Assembly: GCA_964445435.1 (NCBI GenBank) | Contig: CAYUKU010000006.1 | Location: forward strand, 1,112 to 65,111 | Length of the DNA stretch: 64,000 nt | Origin: an uncultured Gammaproteobacteria bacterium | GTDB taxonomy: Bacteria > Patescibacteriota > Microgenomatia > UBA10105 > UBA927 | Direction: 5' to 3' | Part shown: positions 1 through 9,497 of the stretch, in pieces | How positions within the stretch are numbered: position 1 is the stretch's first letter | Layout: each line of letters opens with the position of its first letter | The notes under the pieces: model-generated | The model's input: only the letters and a program-made list of their open reading frames with translations | What the model was told of the DNA's origin: nothing | Databases searched by the model: none | Translations under genes and position numbers: made by a program

Positions 1-886
1 CCGAAAGAAACAGAAGAAATATATACACCGTATTCTGCGAAAGAATATTGAAATAATACATCACGGACCTAGTCGAGAAGGTGTTTGCCATCTCTGCGAA
101 CCGATATTCCCGCACCCACGCAGCTCCGTTTTGCTGGTTTCTTGCGATATACGCGACAAATTCACCCCAATTAGGCAGGAAATACAATAATAAGGGCAAA
201 ACAAATGCCAATCCGAAAAAGAGCGCGAGCGTACGAATACGCTCTGCGCGTTTCCGTGAACGAGCAACTTGCCAAAAGGCCGTACTCACAATGGCAAGAA
301 GCGGTCCAGCCAGAAAAACGACTGCAATCCAACGGGTAAGGACTGCCAGAGCACAAAAAATTCCCGCCAAAACGGCATCCCGTCGTTTTCGAAGCGCATC
401 TGAACGCACGAGAAACACTGTCGACCAGATGATAAAAGTCGTGACAGCGGTTTCGGTGTATGTAAAGTGGGAGTAAAACAAAGCATTACCAAGACCCGCA
501 AACACGACAGCTGCGACGATTGCAGTCTTCTCGTCAAACGCCTGCCGTGCAAGCGCGTATGTTCCTGCAGCTGATCCTGCAAAAAATAGTCCGTTCAATA
601 AGAGCGCAACGGTATAGGTATATGAAGTACCCAAAACAAGCATTAGAAGCGCAATCAAGAGACTATAGACAGGCTGAAGATACCCCGTTGCCTCTAACAT
701 GTTTGCATATGTCGCGAGTGATGGAGATCTGAGGAGATCATGGTATTTGAGAGCCAATGACAGGTAATTGTGCTCGTCCCACTGAGGATATTGGCGACTT
801 TTCAACACATAGAGCGTATGCCCTATAACCAAGAGAATTACCAGAAGAAAGAGTGCATACCTGATAACCCGTGCGTTTGGCCTCAT
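1..886 (-). CDS. ArnT/PMT-like GT-C membrane glycosyltransferase (3' end beyond window)
   Basis: Not in the ORF track; read manually. ATG at 886 gives MRPNARVIRYALFLLVILLVIGHTLYVLKSRQYPQWDEHNYL..., open to base 1, with an N-terminal TM helix, a WDE motif and many hydrophobic helices. Confidence 0.85.
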   Translation of the reverse strand, partial: MRPNARVIRYALFLLVILLVIGHTLYVLKSRQYPQWDEHNYLSLALKYHDLLRSPSLATYANMLEATGYLQPVYSLLIALLMLVLGTSYTYTVALLLNGLFFAGSAAGTYALARQAFDEKTAIVAAVVFAGLGNALFYSHFTYTETAVTTFIIWSTVFLVRSDALRKRRDAVLAGIFCALAVLTRWIAVVFLAGPLLAIVSTAFWQVARSRKRAERIRTLALFFGLAFVLPLLLYFLPNWGEFVAYIARNQQNGAAWVREYRFAEMANTFSTRSVMYYFNILSQNTVYIFLLFLS

Positions 887-899
887 AAATACGTTCCTG

Positions 900-905
900 T
901 ATAAT
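900..905 (+). promoter_or_regulatory. sigma70-type -10 box, probable leaderless promoter
   Basis: TATAAT 7 nt before ATG 913, in a 26-nt divergent gap. Confidence 0.6.
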
Positions 906-912
906 TGGGCAA

Positions 913-1929
913 ATGAAACGGACTCGCCGCGCGTTGCCAAAAGTCAGCTTCATTATACCAACCTTAAACGCCCAGCACATCCTTCCCCGATGCCTCCAGG
1001 CTATCCGAAATCAAAGCTACCCTTACGAAAAAGTCGAAGTTATCGTCGCCGACGGAGGATCGAAAGACAAAACGGTCCAGATCGCAAAAAAATACGGCGC
1101 GATTGTTATCAATAATCCGGAGGTCCTCCACGAGCCGGGGAAATCGCGGGCTTCCCAAATCGCCTCAGGGGATATCATTTTTTATACTGATGCCGATAAC
1201 ATCCTTTCCCATGACCGATGGATTCAGCTTATGGTTTCCGCGTTTCAGAATGGTGAAAAGGTCACCGGCTTTCTCCCGCAGACAATTCCTGCTCCCGACA
1301 GTAACCCGATCGATCGTTATTTAGGATACTTATTCACCGATCCGTTCACCTGGTTTGTGTACTATCCGTCTGCAAGTCCGACGGACTTCAGCCTTACCTA
1401 TACACCAATAAAAGAAACCAAAGACTATGTACTGTATCGGTTTGAGACACATAATCCACCGCTTTTTGGCCTCTCTCAAGGGGTCGGAACGCTAAAAACG
1501 TTCAGCCGAACGGCAATTGCCCACGCGGATGACATGATGGCCGGTATCAAGTTAATACGTGAGGGCGGCATAGTTGCGTATGTACCAAACGCAGGCGTGT
1601 ATCACTATCATGTATCCGGACTTATAAATTTCCTCCATAAATACGCCTGGCGGCTCAGAAACAATTTCACGCAACAGGTCCGGGGGATGGGTCTTATACA
1701 TAGAACGAAATATTTCCCACTGATCCGGAAAGTAAGGATAGTATTTTTTATTCCATACGCGTTGTCCATAGTCGGCCCGCTCGTCCACAGCATCAAGCTT
1801 ACACTCAAACACCGGGATCCTGTTATGCTTCTTCATGTTCCGATGACTATGATTATGGCTCTTATCATTATCTGGGAAGGGGTACGTCATATCGCGGGTA
1901 TACGTACAAAACTCGGTGACTATGCGTAA
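913..1929 (+). CDS. GT2 family glycosyltransferase with C-terminal membrane helices
   Basis: SFIIPTLN, VADGGSKD, YTDADN (DxD); paralog of 10400..11413. Confidence 0.9.
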   Translation: MKRTRRALPKVSFIIPTLNAQHILPRCLQAIRNQSYPYEKVEVIVADGGSKDKTVQIAKKYGAIVINNPEVLHEPGKSRASQIASGDIIFYTDADNILSHDRWIQLMVSAFQNGEKVTGFLPQTIPAPDSNPIDRYLGYLFTDPFTWFVYYPSASPTDFSLTYTPIKETKDYVLYRFETHNPPLFGLSQGVGTLKTFSRTAIAHADDMMAGIKLIREGGIVAYVPNAGVYHYHVSGLINFLHKYAWRLRNNFTQQVRGMGLIHRTKYFPLIRKVRIVFFIPYALSIVGPLVHSIKLTLKHRDPVMLLHVPMTMIMALIIIWEGVRHIAGIRTKLGDYA

Positions 1930-3076
1930 GAAACAGTCCATTCTCTATGTGAATTTCTCACCGTATGAAAACGCCGGGAATATCCTGGATTATCTCCTCG
2001 AAACATTTGATACTGTCGTACTTTTCTCTTTCCGCTTCCATACCCTGAAAGAAAATACAACATCAGATACCATAACCCTTTATAAGAAGGGGGAAGTCAT
2101 GTGGCAACGCCGCATGCTCGCGCCACCGGTGATTTCTTCCATGACCTTTTACCTTCTGCCCATCCGATCCTTTGTTATTCTCATACAGCTTTTCATATAC
2201 GCAGTTTGGCTACGAAGAGCGCTAGGAATGTTCGATATCTTTTTCACGGTCAATGCATACACGGCGTGGCTTGGCAATATACTTCGCTTCTTTGGAATTG
2301 TTCGGAAAACTATTTTTTGGGTCTGGGATTACTATCCTCCTGTTCACAAAGATCCTATCGTTCGAGTCATGCGATTTTTGTATTGGCAGTTTGATAAACC
2401 CGCAAGTCTGCATGCTGATAAGACCGTATTTCTCAACAAACGCCTCGCGGTCCTTCGAAACCGAATGGGTATACGCACCGCTTCCCAAACCACCCACATC
2501 ATACCCATAGGCACGAATCCCGTACATCGTTTACCTAAAACCGGTCAGACGCTGCGGCTGGTGTTTTTCGGGGTGCTCAAAACGAGTCAGGGACTTGATA
2601 GTGTTTTTGCGGCCTCGTCTCTCATTTACCGAAAGTATCCAAATGCCGAGCTTCATATCATCGGTGATGGGCCGGACAGGGAACGTTTTCAGACACTCGC
2701 TCACGGTTGTCCCATCAAAACTATTTTTTACGGGTACGTTCAGGCTGATCGTGACATACGAAAGATAATTTCTTCCTGCGATATTGGTCTTGCGCCTTAT
2801 ATGCCCGACATCAGCAATGTCTCCTATTACACTGATCCATCCAAAATAAAGACGTATCTTTCGCTTGGTGTCCCTACAATAATGACCGACTTTCTTACCT
2901 TCTCACAAGAGATTACTTCCTATCGCGCTGGAGTCGTCCTTAAAAACGTCTCGCCGAAATCACTTGTTGCTGCTATCAGTCAAATAGTATCAAAGAGAGA
3001 ATCCTTCAGGAGAAATGCGCTCTCCCTCGCGCGACGGTTTTCATACAAAAAGCTCTACCCCAAGCTTTTTTCGTAG
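1922..3076 (+). CDS. GT4 (GT-B) glycosyltransferase
   Basis: FFGVLKTSQGLD, LHIIGDGPD, DPSKIKTYLSLGVP; start taken at ATG 1922. Confidence 0.85.
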   Translation: MRKKQSILYVNFSPYENAGNILDYLLETFDTVVLFSFRFHTLKENTTSDTITLYKKGEVMWQRRMLAPPVISSMTFYLLPIRSFVILIQLFIYAVWLRRALGMFDIFFTVNAYTAWLGNILRFFGIVRKTIFWVWDYYPPVHKDPIVRVMRFLYWQFDKPASLHADKTVFLNKRLAVLRNRMGIRTASQTTHIIPIGTNPVHRLPKTGQTLRLVFFGVLKTSQGLDSVFAASSLIYRKYPNAELHIIGDGPDRERFQTLAHGCPIKTIFYGYVQADRDIRKIISSCDIGLAPYMPDISNVSYYTDPSKIKTYLSLGVPTIMTDFLTFSQEITSYRAGVVLKNVSPKSLVAAISQIVSKRESFRRNALSLARRFSYKKLYPKLFS

Positions 3077-3078
3077 GG

Positions 3079-3087
3079 TGATATAAT
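3079..3087 (+). promoter_or_regulatory. extended -10 (TGnTATAAT), probable leaderless promoter
   Basis: TGATATAAT 8 nt before ATG 3096. Confidence 0.65.
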
Positions 3088-3095
3088 ACCCCACG

Positions 3096-4073
3096 ATGAA
3101 ACAGAATCGTAAACTCCTTGTCGCAGTAACGGGCGCTTCAGGTTTCCTGGGAAGCCGCATGGTTCCTTTTTTGAAAGAGAAAGGTCATACAGTTCGCGCA
3201 ATCCTGCGCAAACACAACCCTCAAACGAAAGAATACTATTCACAGTCAGATAAAATCGTCTACGCTGACCTTTCAGACATGCAGGCGACCCGCCGCGCGC
3301 TTCGGGGTGCCCACTTCGTGTTTCATTTCGCAGCTGATATGGGCGGAGTCGGATATTTTTCCAAGGAGCAGTACGTTCCGTTCGTCACAAACATGCGCAT
3401 GGATCTCAATATCCTTGCTGCGTGCGAGCAAAACGGCGTAAAGCGTCTCTTTTACCCCTCCAGTGCGTGTGCGTATCCCACCGACGCGGCCACCCGCCTC
3501 AGGAAAATCCCAAAACTGGAGGAAACCATGTTTTTGCCCGCAAATCCCGATCAAATGTACGGATGGGAAAAGCTTACCATGCTGCTTTTATCCTCGCATG
3601 CACCGGTAGAAACACGCGTGGGAGTTCTCCATACGATTTTTGGTCCAGGACAGGAATGGTCAGGAGCACGAGCGAAATTTCCACCCGCCATAACATACAA
3701 GGTCATCCAGGCCGCGCGAACGAAATCACCCATCCGCATTTGGGGAGACGGCAAACAGCTCCGAACGTTTCTCTATATCTCGGATGCGCTTGAGAAAATC
3801 TATGAAGTCATGATGGCTAAAGACTACTGGGGCCCCGTGAATATATCCGGCGACCAGCAGGTGACGGTGAAAGAATGTGCAGACTGGCTCGCCAAACTCG
3901 CCGGCATTAAGCCGGTATATATATATGAAAAAGATAAACCAACCGGCGTGATGCTACGGGGAGTAAATAACGATAAGTATAAGAAGCACTACGCATATCG
4001 AAACAAGGTATCGACGAAGAAAGGGTTTTCGCTTCTGTATGAGTACATGCGCGAAAGAATAAAGGAACCTTAG
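3096..4073 (+). CDS. NAD-dependent epimerase, GDP-mannose 3,5-epimerase-like SDR
   Basis: TGASGFLG, AADMGGVGY, YPSSACAYP, YGWEK, WSGARAK, WGDGKQLRTF. Confidence 0.8.
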   Translation: MKQNRKLLVAVTGASGFLGSRMVPFLKEKGHTVRAILRKHNPQTKEYYSQSDKIVYADLSDMQATRRALRGAHFVFHFAADMGGVGYFSKEQYVPFVTNMRMDLNILAACEQNGVKRLFYPSSACAYPTDAATRLRKIPKLEETMFLPANPDQMYGWEKLTMLLLSSHAPVETRVGVLHTIFGPGQEWSGARAKFPPAITYKVIQAARTKSPIRIWGDGKQLRTFLYISDALEKIYEVMMAKDYWGPVNISGDQQVTVKECADWLAKLAGIKPVYIYEKDKPTGVMLRGVNNDKYKKHYAYRNKVSTKKGFSLLYEYMRERIKEP

Positions 4074-5536
4074 GTTCGTGCTTCCGCTTCCTTTAGCATT
4101 TCTTCGACTTCTCTTCGGAACGGAAAATTTACTGGCATTTTCTTAAGCAGAAATTCAATATCTTCCCAGGAATTCTCCCGTTTCGCATTATTATACAAAT
4201 CGCGTGCTTTTACGAAGTTTCTGTAGTATTCGATATGATATCGGGCTTTCGTCAGTTTATTCCAAAACCGTGAACCCGCAAACGGCGGGTTAACTTGAGT
4301 TCTGTCATACAGACGATTTGCCGTCTCGTAATCCCCCCTCGCGAGTGCCGTTTCGATTGAAGCGACGATCTGGTCTTCTTTTGCCGAGGGGATCCAAAAC
4401 CCGATGAGTAGCGCCAATAACGCTGCGATGGAAACAACACTCAATTCCCTGACAGTAAGTTCCTTGAACCGCTTACCCCATAGAAGCCATCCCAAACCCA
4501 ACCCCAAGAAAACTATCTGCCAGGACAAACCAAACATTTGCCGATCCATCCGGATTCCTATAAAAGGCACATAGTAGTCGCCTCCGCTCATAACAAGCAG
4601 CATAAACAGGGTTTGCAGTACCACGAAAAACGAAAAAAATATGTTTGGGGATTGCGAAAGAAGCGGCAGTGTGAGAACGAAGTACTGTTCGGAAATCGCA
4701 GGCGAAAATAAAACCAGAATACATCCGTACCAGGCCGCCGATTGTGCCAGAGAAATCCTGCGGGCGAATACCCCCCCCAATGTAAGCGCCAAAACGAACA
4801 GAAACATTGGCGATACGTAACGGCTTAAAAAATCAGGTACGAAAACATGCCAGAACGGCGCGTTATTAAATGAGGTATATAAAAAAACGTTTTGTATAAT
4901 CCCGGCAAAGCCATCCCGCAAAAACGGAAGGAAACTCAGAAAAAATATTCCCGTAGGGAGACCTACTGTTACAAGTTTCCATTTCCACGTTTTTTCGCGT
5001 ATCGCAAGCCAAACCGGAAAAAAGAAAAAAATATGTTTGATGATAAGGGAAACACCAAGGAGCGCCAAGCCAGATATTTTCCTTTTTCGCGCAAGAAGCC
5101 ATACTGCCGTCAAACCTGCCAAAAGCGCAAGATTATCAAACTGGCTATAATAACCGGTCACGAGTATAGAAATCGGATTCAAGTAGTAGAGATATGCAGT
5201 GGTCCGGGAAAACAGTGAGGATAGAAGAAAAAACAATCCGATATCCACAAGCGCAAGAACTCCTGCGGTAAAATACCGTAACGCGAAAAACGGATCCGGA
5301 AAAAGGAGTGCTAACTTATAAAGAATCGCAAGGACATAAAACCAAAACGGTCCGTAGTTATATCGGGCGGTTTCTGCGTACACGTTTTTGTGTTCAAGAA
5401 TCGCCCGAGCAGCAATCTGGTATGATTCCATGTCATAGGTGAAACCTGCCGTTGCGGCCAGAAACCGAACCAAGACGCCAACACCCAAAAAAACAAAAAG
5501 CAGGGAAACGCGATACTTGTTAACGAATGCCTTCAT
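4070..5536 (-). CDS. GT-C glycosyltransferase, GT87/DUF2029/PIG-M-like, with soluble helical C-terminus
   Basis: GFTYDMESY, YNYGPFW, YLNPISILVTGYYSQFD; multi-TM. Confidence 0.7.
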   Translation of the reverse strand: MKAFVNKYRVSLLFVFLGVGVLVRFLAATAGFTYDMESYQIAARAILEHKNVYAETARYNYGPFWFYVLAILYKLALLFPDPFFALRYFTAGVLALVDIGLFFLLSSLFSRTTAYLYYLNPISILVTGYYSQFDNLALLAGLTAVWLLARKRKISGLALLGVSLIIKHIFFFFPVWLAIREKTWKWKLVTVGLPTGIFFLSFLPFLRDGFAGIIQNVFLYTSFNNAPFWHVFVPDFLSRYVSPMFLFVLALTLGGVFARRISLAQSAAWYGCILVLFSPAISEQYFVLTLPLLSQSPNIFFSFFVVLQTLFMLLVMSGGDYYVPFIGIRMDRQMFGLSWQIVFLGLGLGWLLWGKRFKELTVRELSVVSIAALLALLIGFWIPSAKEDQIVASIETALARGDYETANRLYDRTQVNPPFAGSRFWNKLTKARYHIEYYRNFVKARDLYNNAKRENSWEDIEFLLKKMPVNFPFRREVEEMLKEAEART

Positions 5537-7166
5537 GAACGAGTTTCTTTTCTCCCGATACGTACCGGAGTCGTATTACACGATCGCTCGGGATATCCGG
5601 GCGCTGTGCGAGAAACGCAGCGAGCGTTTTTTCGTCCCAAAAATATCCAAATCCTCCACCTCCCGCCTCTTTATAGCCTTGGGCGTTGATGTTCCACAGG
5701 AACATGGAAGCCAAAAGCTCTTTTGGTATCTTTCCGGTTTTATAAAACCACACCATGACGGTATAGCCCATCCCCTGCTGAAACGGAACTGAAAGATCAC
5801 CGATTCCGTAGTACCCCGGACTGTCTCCCGAAATGAGAAATATCGGATTATCAGGAAGCTTCGAAACTACGGCATCCATTTGACGAAGAAAGTTTTTCCG
5901 TTCATCTGCCAAAATCTTATCAAATTGTATCCCACGCCGAATATAGACAGCATTCTTATAAAGATACGCCGCGAACGACATCCAGATCAGTACGGCAAAA
6001 AGTACACCAAGCCATCTTCTTTGTATTTTTTGCAGGAGGACCATACATCCTGACAATAATCCGGCAACCAGAAATGCCGCACCGACTGCAGATAAGTAAT
6101 AATAACGGGACTCGAGAAACGCGCTTGCCGGACGGTCCAAAACGATAAACGGCAAAAAGCTTAGTAACACAAATACTATGCCGACGTGAAATTGCCGGCG
6201 AAGCGCTTTTTGCTTCAAGGAGACTGTCATGACAAAAACGAGTAACACAATCGAGGCGTACAGAGAAACGAGATCACCGACCAGAATAAGGCTGACTGCC
6301 TGTTTGAGGGGGTGAGCATCCAGAAATTCGTATGCCGTATGAGAAACGGATTGAGAGACGGGAAACAGAATTTCTTTCGGGATAAATACCTGGGAAATCC
6401 CAAGAACCGGATAGAAAAACGCGTGTACCAGCATCCGAGAACCCGTATCAGATCCTCGGGTCACATAGACGCCACCCTGCCCTTCTGCACCGTTGAGTCC
6501 CCACAATCGAACTGCGATCGCAAACACCAGAAACGCGACGACCGGCCAAAATTTCCTTGCAAGCTCGCGCAGTGACGCGCTGGTCTTTGTGAAATACAGA
6601 AACGGAAGAAATACAAACAGAAACAGGCTTGATTCTTTAAACAGGAAGGATATGTACACAAACACAAGCGACAATGTCAGATACAGCTCTTTTTTCTTTT
6701 CGGTATAAGAAATGATCGCGTGGAGCGACAGGAGCGCAAACAAGGCATTCGGAAGTGTTGTCGTGTTTGCTGAAATCCAGGAGACTGCCTGGCTTGGCGT
6801 TGAAGCAGCAGCAAAAAAAAGTGCACCTGCAAATGAGGCAAATGGCCGCCTCGTAAATCGATCCAGAAGTCGAAAAACCAGAAATGAATTTACCAGGTGC
6901 ACAAAAATCGCAAAAAGCGAAAAGGCATATACACGCAAGGGAAACAGAAAATGAAAAGCGTTGTTCAGCAGGCTTCCCGCAATGCGCTCTTTTCCGGTAA
7001 AAAGTTCCGGAAGCGAATACGAGCCAATGTTTCCCAAAAGACCGTTCACCTGAACGAATCCCAAACTCGCCCACTCGTCCTGCTGGAAGAACGTATCCCA
7101 CAGTCCCCAGTAGGCATAGAGAATAGCCGCAAGAAGAAAGACGATGATAAAAAAATTACGCTTCAT
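5520..7166 (-). CDS. GT-C type membrane glycosyltransferase
   Basis: FFQQDEW after the first TM, LFKES, LESRYYY, PFQQGMG; paralog of 11383..12966. Confidence 0.7.
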   Translation of the reverse strand: MKRNFFIIVFLLAAILYAYWGLWDTFFQQDEWASLGFVQVNGLLGNIGSYSLPELFTGKERIAGSLLNNAFHFLFPLRVYAFSLFAIFVHLVNSFLVFRLLDRFTRRPFASFAGALFFAAASTPSQAVSWISANTTTLPNALFALLSLHAIISYTEKKKELYLTLSLVFVYISFLFKESSLFLFVFLPFLYFTKTSASLRELARKFWPVVAFLVFAIAVRLWGLNGAEGQGGVYVTRGSDTGSRMLVHAFFYPVLGISQVFIPKEILFPVSQSVSHTAYEFLDAHPLKQAVSLILVGDLVSLYASIVLLVFVMTVSLKQKALRRQFHVGIVFVLLSFLPFIVLDRPASAFLESRYYYLSAVGAAFLVAGLLSGCMVLLQKIQRRWLGVLFAVLIWMSFAAYLYKNAVYIRRGIQFDKILADERKNFLRQMDAVVSKLPDNPIFLISGDSPGYYGIGDLSVPFQQGMGYTVMVWFYKTGKIPKELLASMFLWNINAQGYKEAGGGGFGYFWDEKTLAAFLAQRPDIPSDRVIRLRYVSGEKKLVHEGIR

Positions 7167-8181
7167 CTGACGGTTTCCCTTGTGATAGGGCTATGTAATA
7201 CGACAGGCTTGGCTTTCTCACAATACGCGGGAGAAACGCACTGTCATCAATGACGCGGATGTGTGTCTGAACGTACTGCCTCTTCTTGAGCGTATTGCCT
7301 ATGTGCAGCACATTCCACAACAAACTATTCTGGATCGCCAGTGATAATGCGAACTTTCCCCTGATAAACGACGTGAACGCAAAAAATTCACACATCGCAA
7401 GGTGGATTGGGAGAAGTTTCGCAAGCTCCCACGTGCTTAAGTTCTTCATGTATGTACAGATGCGATTCTTGAACGAATGATACTGTATAAACGCGTTATC
7501 CATACCCGTACTCGTGCCTCCCATCTTGTGATACACCACTGATTGCGGAGCATAGACCACGCGCTTTCCGGCCAGCCATATTCTGTGACACAAATCTGTC
7601 TCCTCGAAGTATGCGAAATAGGACGGATCAAACATGCTGCCGTCAACCTCTACCTTCTTAAGTACATCCCGCCGAAACATCACGGCCGCTCCTTTGGCGG
7701 TATACATATCGTCCGTTTCATCGTACTTTTTCGCATCCTTTTTGCCGAACCCCCAGTGAAGAAGAAACCCGGTGGGAGTGAGAAACGCTCCTGCCGCGTC
7801 CAGGCGTGTCTTATCGTCCATAAGAAGCAGTTTGCTCTGTACGCAGCCGATATCGGGTGCTGATTTCATCTTTTCCACGAGCTTACTGATGAAATCAGGT
7901 TCCACACGGGTATCGTTGTTAAGAAGAAGAATATACTCACCGCGGGCACTTCTATATCCGGCGTTGTTGCCCTCGGCAAATCCTTCGTTTTTCCTGTTTT
8001 GAACGATTTTTACCTTCGGATATTGTTTTCTCGTCCATGCAACCGATTCATCGGTGGAAGCGTTATCAACGAGGATAATTTCGGTTCCCGAATATGTTTG
8101 CTTGGCAAGCGACGGCAATGACATTTTCAACCACCGCAACCCGTTCCAGTTCACGATGATGATTGAAACCGTACCACTCAT
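7156..8181 (-). CDS. GT2 glycosyltransferase (WbbL/rhamnosyltransferase-like)
   Basis: SIIIVNWNG, VDNASTD, LLNNDT, FAYFEETDLCHR. Confidence 0.9.
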   Translation of the reverse strand: MSGTVSIIIVNWNGLRWLKMSLPSLAKQTYSGTEIILVDNASTDESVAWTRKQYPKVKIVQNRKNEGFAEGNNAGYRSARGEYILLLNNDTRVEPDFISKLVEKMKSAPDIGCVQSKLLLMDDKTRLDAAGAFLTPTGFLLHWGFGKKDAKKYDETDDMYTAKGAAVMFRRDVLKKVEVDGSMFDPSYFAYFEETDLCHRIWLAGKRVVYAPQSVVYHKMGGTSTGMDNAFIQYHSFKNRICTYMKNLSTWELAKLLPIHLAMCEFFAFTSFIRGKFALSLAIQNSLLWNVLHIGNTLKKRQYVQTHIRVIDDSAFLPRIVRKPSLSYYIALSQGKPSDEA

Positions 8182-9491
8182 TTGGTTTTCAGAAAGTCCG
8201 TGATGTTCTCGGCTATATAATCAATCTCACGATCACCCAATCCGGGATAGACGCCCACGAAAAACGTGTTGTGAAGAATCCTGTCCGCATTCGGAAGCTC
8301 TTCCGCTACCCGATATTTCACGTTACGATACGCCGCCTGCCTGGTGATATTTCCTGCAAACAACGGACGGGTCTGGATCATCCGTTCCTCAAGATACATC
8401 GTAATCTCATGTCTGGTAAACGGCGCATCGTCGCGGATAGTCAGAGGCATCGCAAACCAGCACGGGTTGGCCTTCGGAAGTGCTTTGGGAAGGATAAAAT
8501 ACTTTTCCCATGCCGCGGCGTATTTACTCATACGGGAGAAATTATGCGCCCGGGCCTTCATGAATGACGGCATTCTTTTGAGTTGTTCGACACCCATGGC
8601 CGCCTGAGGCTCAATGGGCTTGAGGTTGTACCCGATTTGATTAAACATATACTTATGATCATAGGGTTTGCCGTCTACCCGATAGTTAAACCGTGCGTTG
8701 CATGCTCCGTGGGTAGTCTTGTCATCTCCCCGGCACCAGCACGATCGGCCCCAATCCCGCAATGATCTGGTAATTCTCTCGAACCGAAGATCATTGTAGT
8801 ACACAGCTCCCCCTTCTCCCATCGTCATATGGTGCGGAGGATAAAACGACTGCGTGGCAAGAATGCCGAATCCGCCGGTCCGTTTCCCGTCGTATTCACT
8901 GCCCAAAGCATCACAATTATCCTCTATGAGAAAAAGATCGTGCTCCTTTGCAAATTCAACGATCACATCCATCTCGTTGGGATTTCCAAGGGTATGGGCG
9001 ACCATGATCGCGCGGGTTTTTCGGGATAAGGCCTTCTCAAGTTTTTTCGCGTCGATATTATAGGTTTCGGGGTTCACATCAAGAAATACGGGCACCATTT
9101 CATGATTGATAATGGGGTTGACTGTCGTAGGAAATCCGCACGCAGCGGTAATAATTTCGTCGCCGGGCTCCAAATGCCGCGGAAAAAAGTATGACCGAAG
9201 TGACGCAACTGCCAGAAAATTCGAACTTGAACCTGAATTCGTAAGAATGCTGCCCTTTGCTCCCACAAACGCGGCCAAACCCTTTTCGAGTTCTTCTGCC
9301 TTCTTCCCTAACCCAAACCACCCGTCAATGAGAACTGATACGCTTGCGTTTATCTCATGATCGTCGAAGACGCCGCCGGCGTATTGCACCCATGTCTTGC
9401 CCGGGATGAATTTTTTGTTTCGCTTGCGGCCATCGAAAATTTTGGTAATTCTTGCCGCAATTTCCTTTCGAAGCTTGGTTTCCCCGTCCAT
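8178..9491 (-). CDS. rfbH: CDP-4-keto-6-deoxyglucose 3-dehydratase (E1, RfbH/DdhC)
   Basis: AHTLGNP, EDNCDALGS, SFYPPHHMTMGEGG (His replaces the PLP Lys), DWGRSCWC...C, YDHKY. Confidence 0.9.
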   Translation of the reverse strand: MDGETKLRKEIAARITKIFDGRKRNKKFIPGKTWVQYAGGVFDDHEINASVSVLIDGWFGLGKKAEELEKGLAAFVGAKGSILTNSGSSSNFLAVASLRSYFFPRHLEPGDEIITAACGFPTTVNPIINHEMVPVFLDVNPETYNIDAKKLEKALSRKTRAIMVAHTLGNPNEMDVIVEFAKEHDLFLIEDNCDALGSEYDGKRTGGFGILATQSFYPPHHMTMGEGGAVYYNDLRFERITRSLRDWGRSCWCRGDDKTTHGACNARFNYRVDGKPYDHKYMFNQIGYNLKPIEPQAAMGVEQLKRMPSFMKARAHNFSRMSKYAAAWEKYFILPKALPKANPCWFAMPLTIRDDAPFTRHEITMYLEERMIQTRPLFAGNITRQAAYRNVKYRVAEELPNADRILHNTFFVGVYPGLGDREIDYIAENITDFLKTK

Positions 9492-9497
9492 AATCGG

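Noticed and set aside
6813-6820. A8 tracts (also 12742-12749) as phase-variation sites
   Set aside because: T-runs are expected in Phe/Leu-rich membrane protein genes, and the frames are intact
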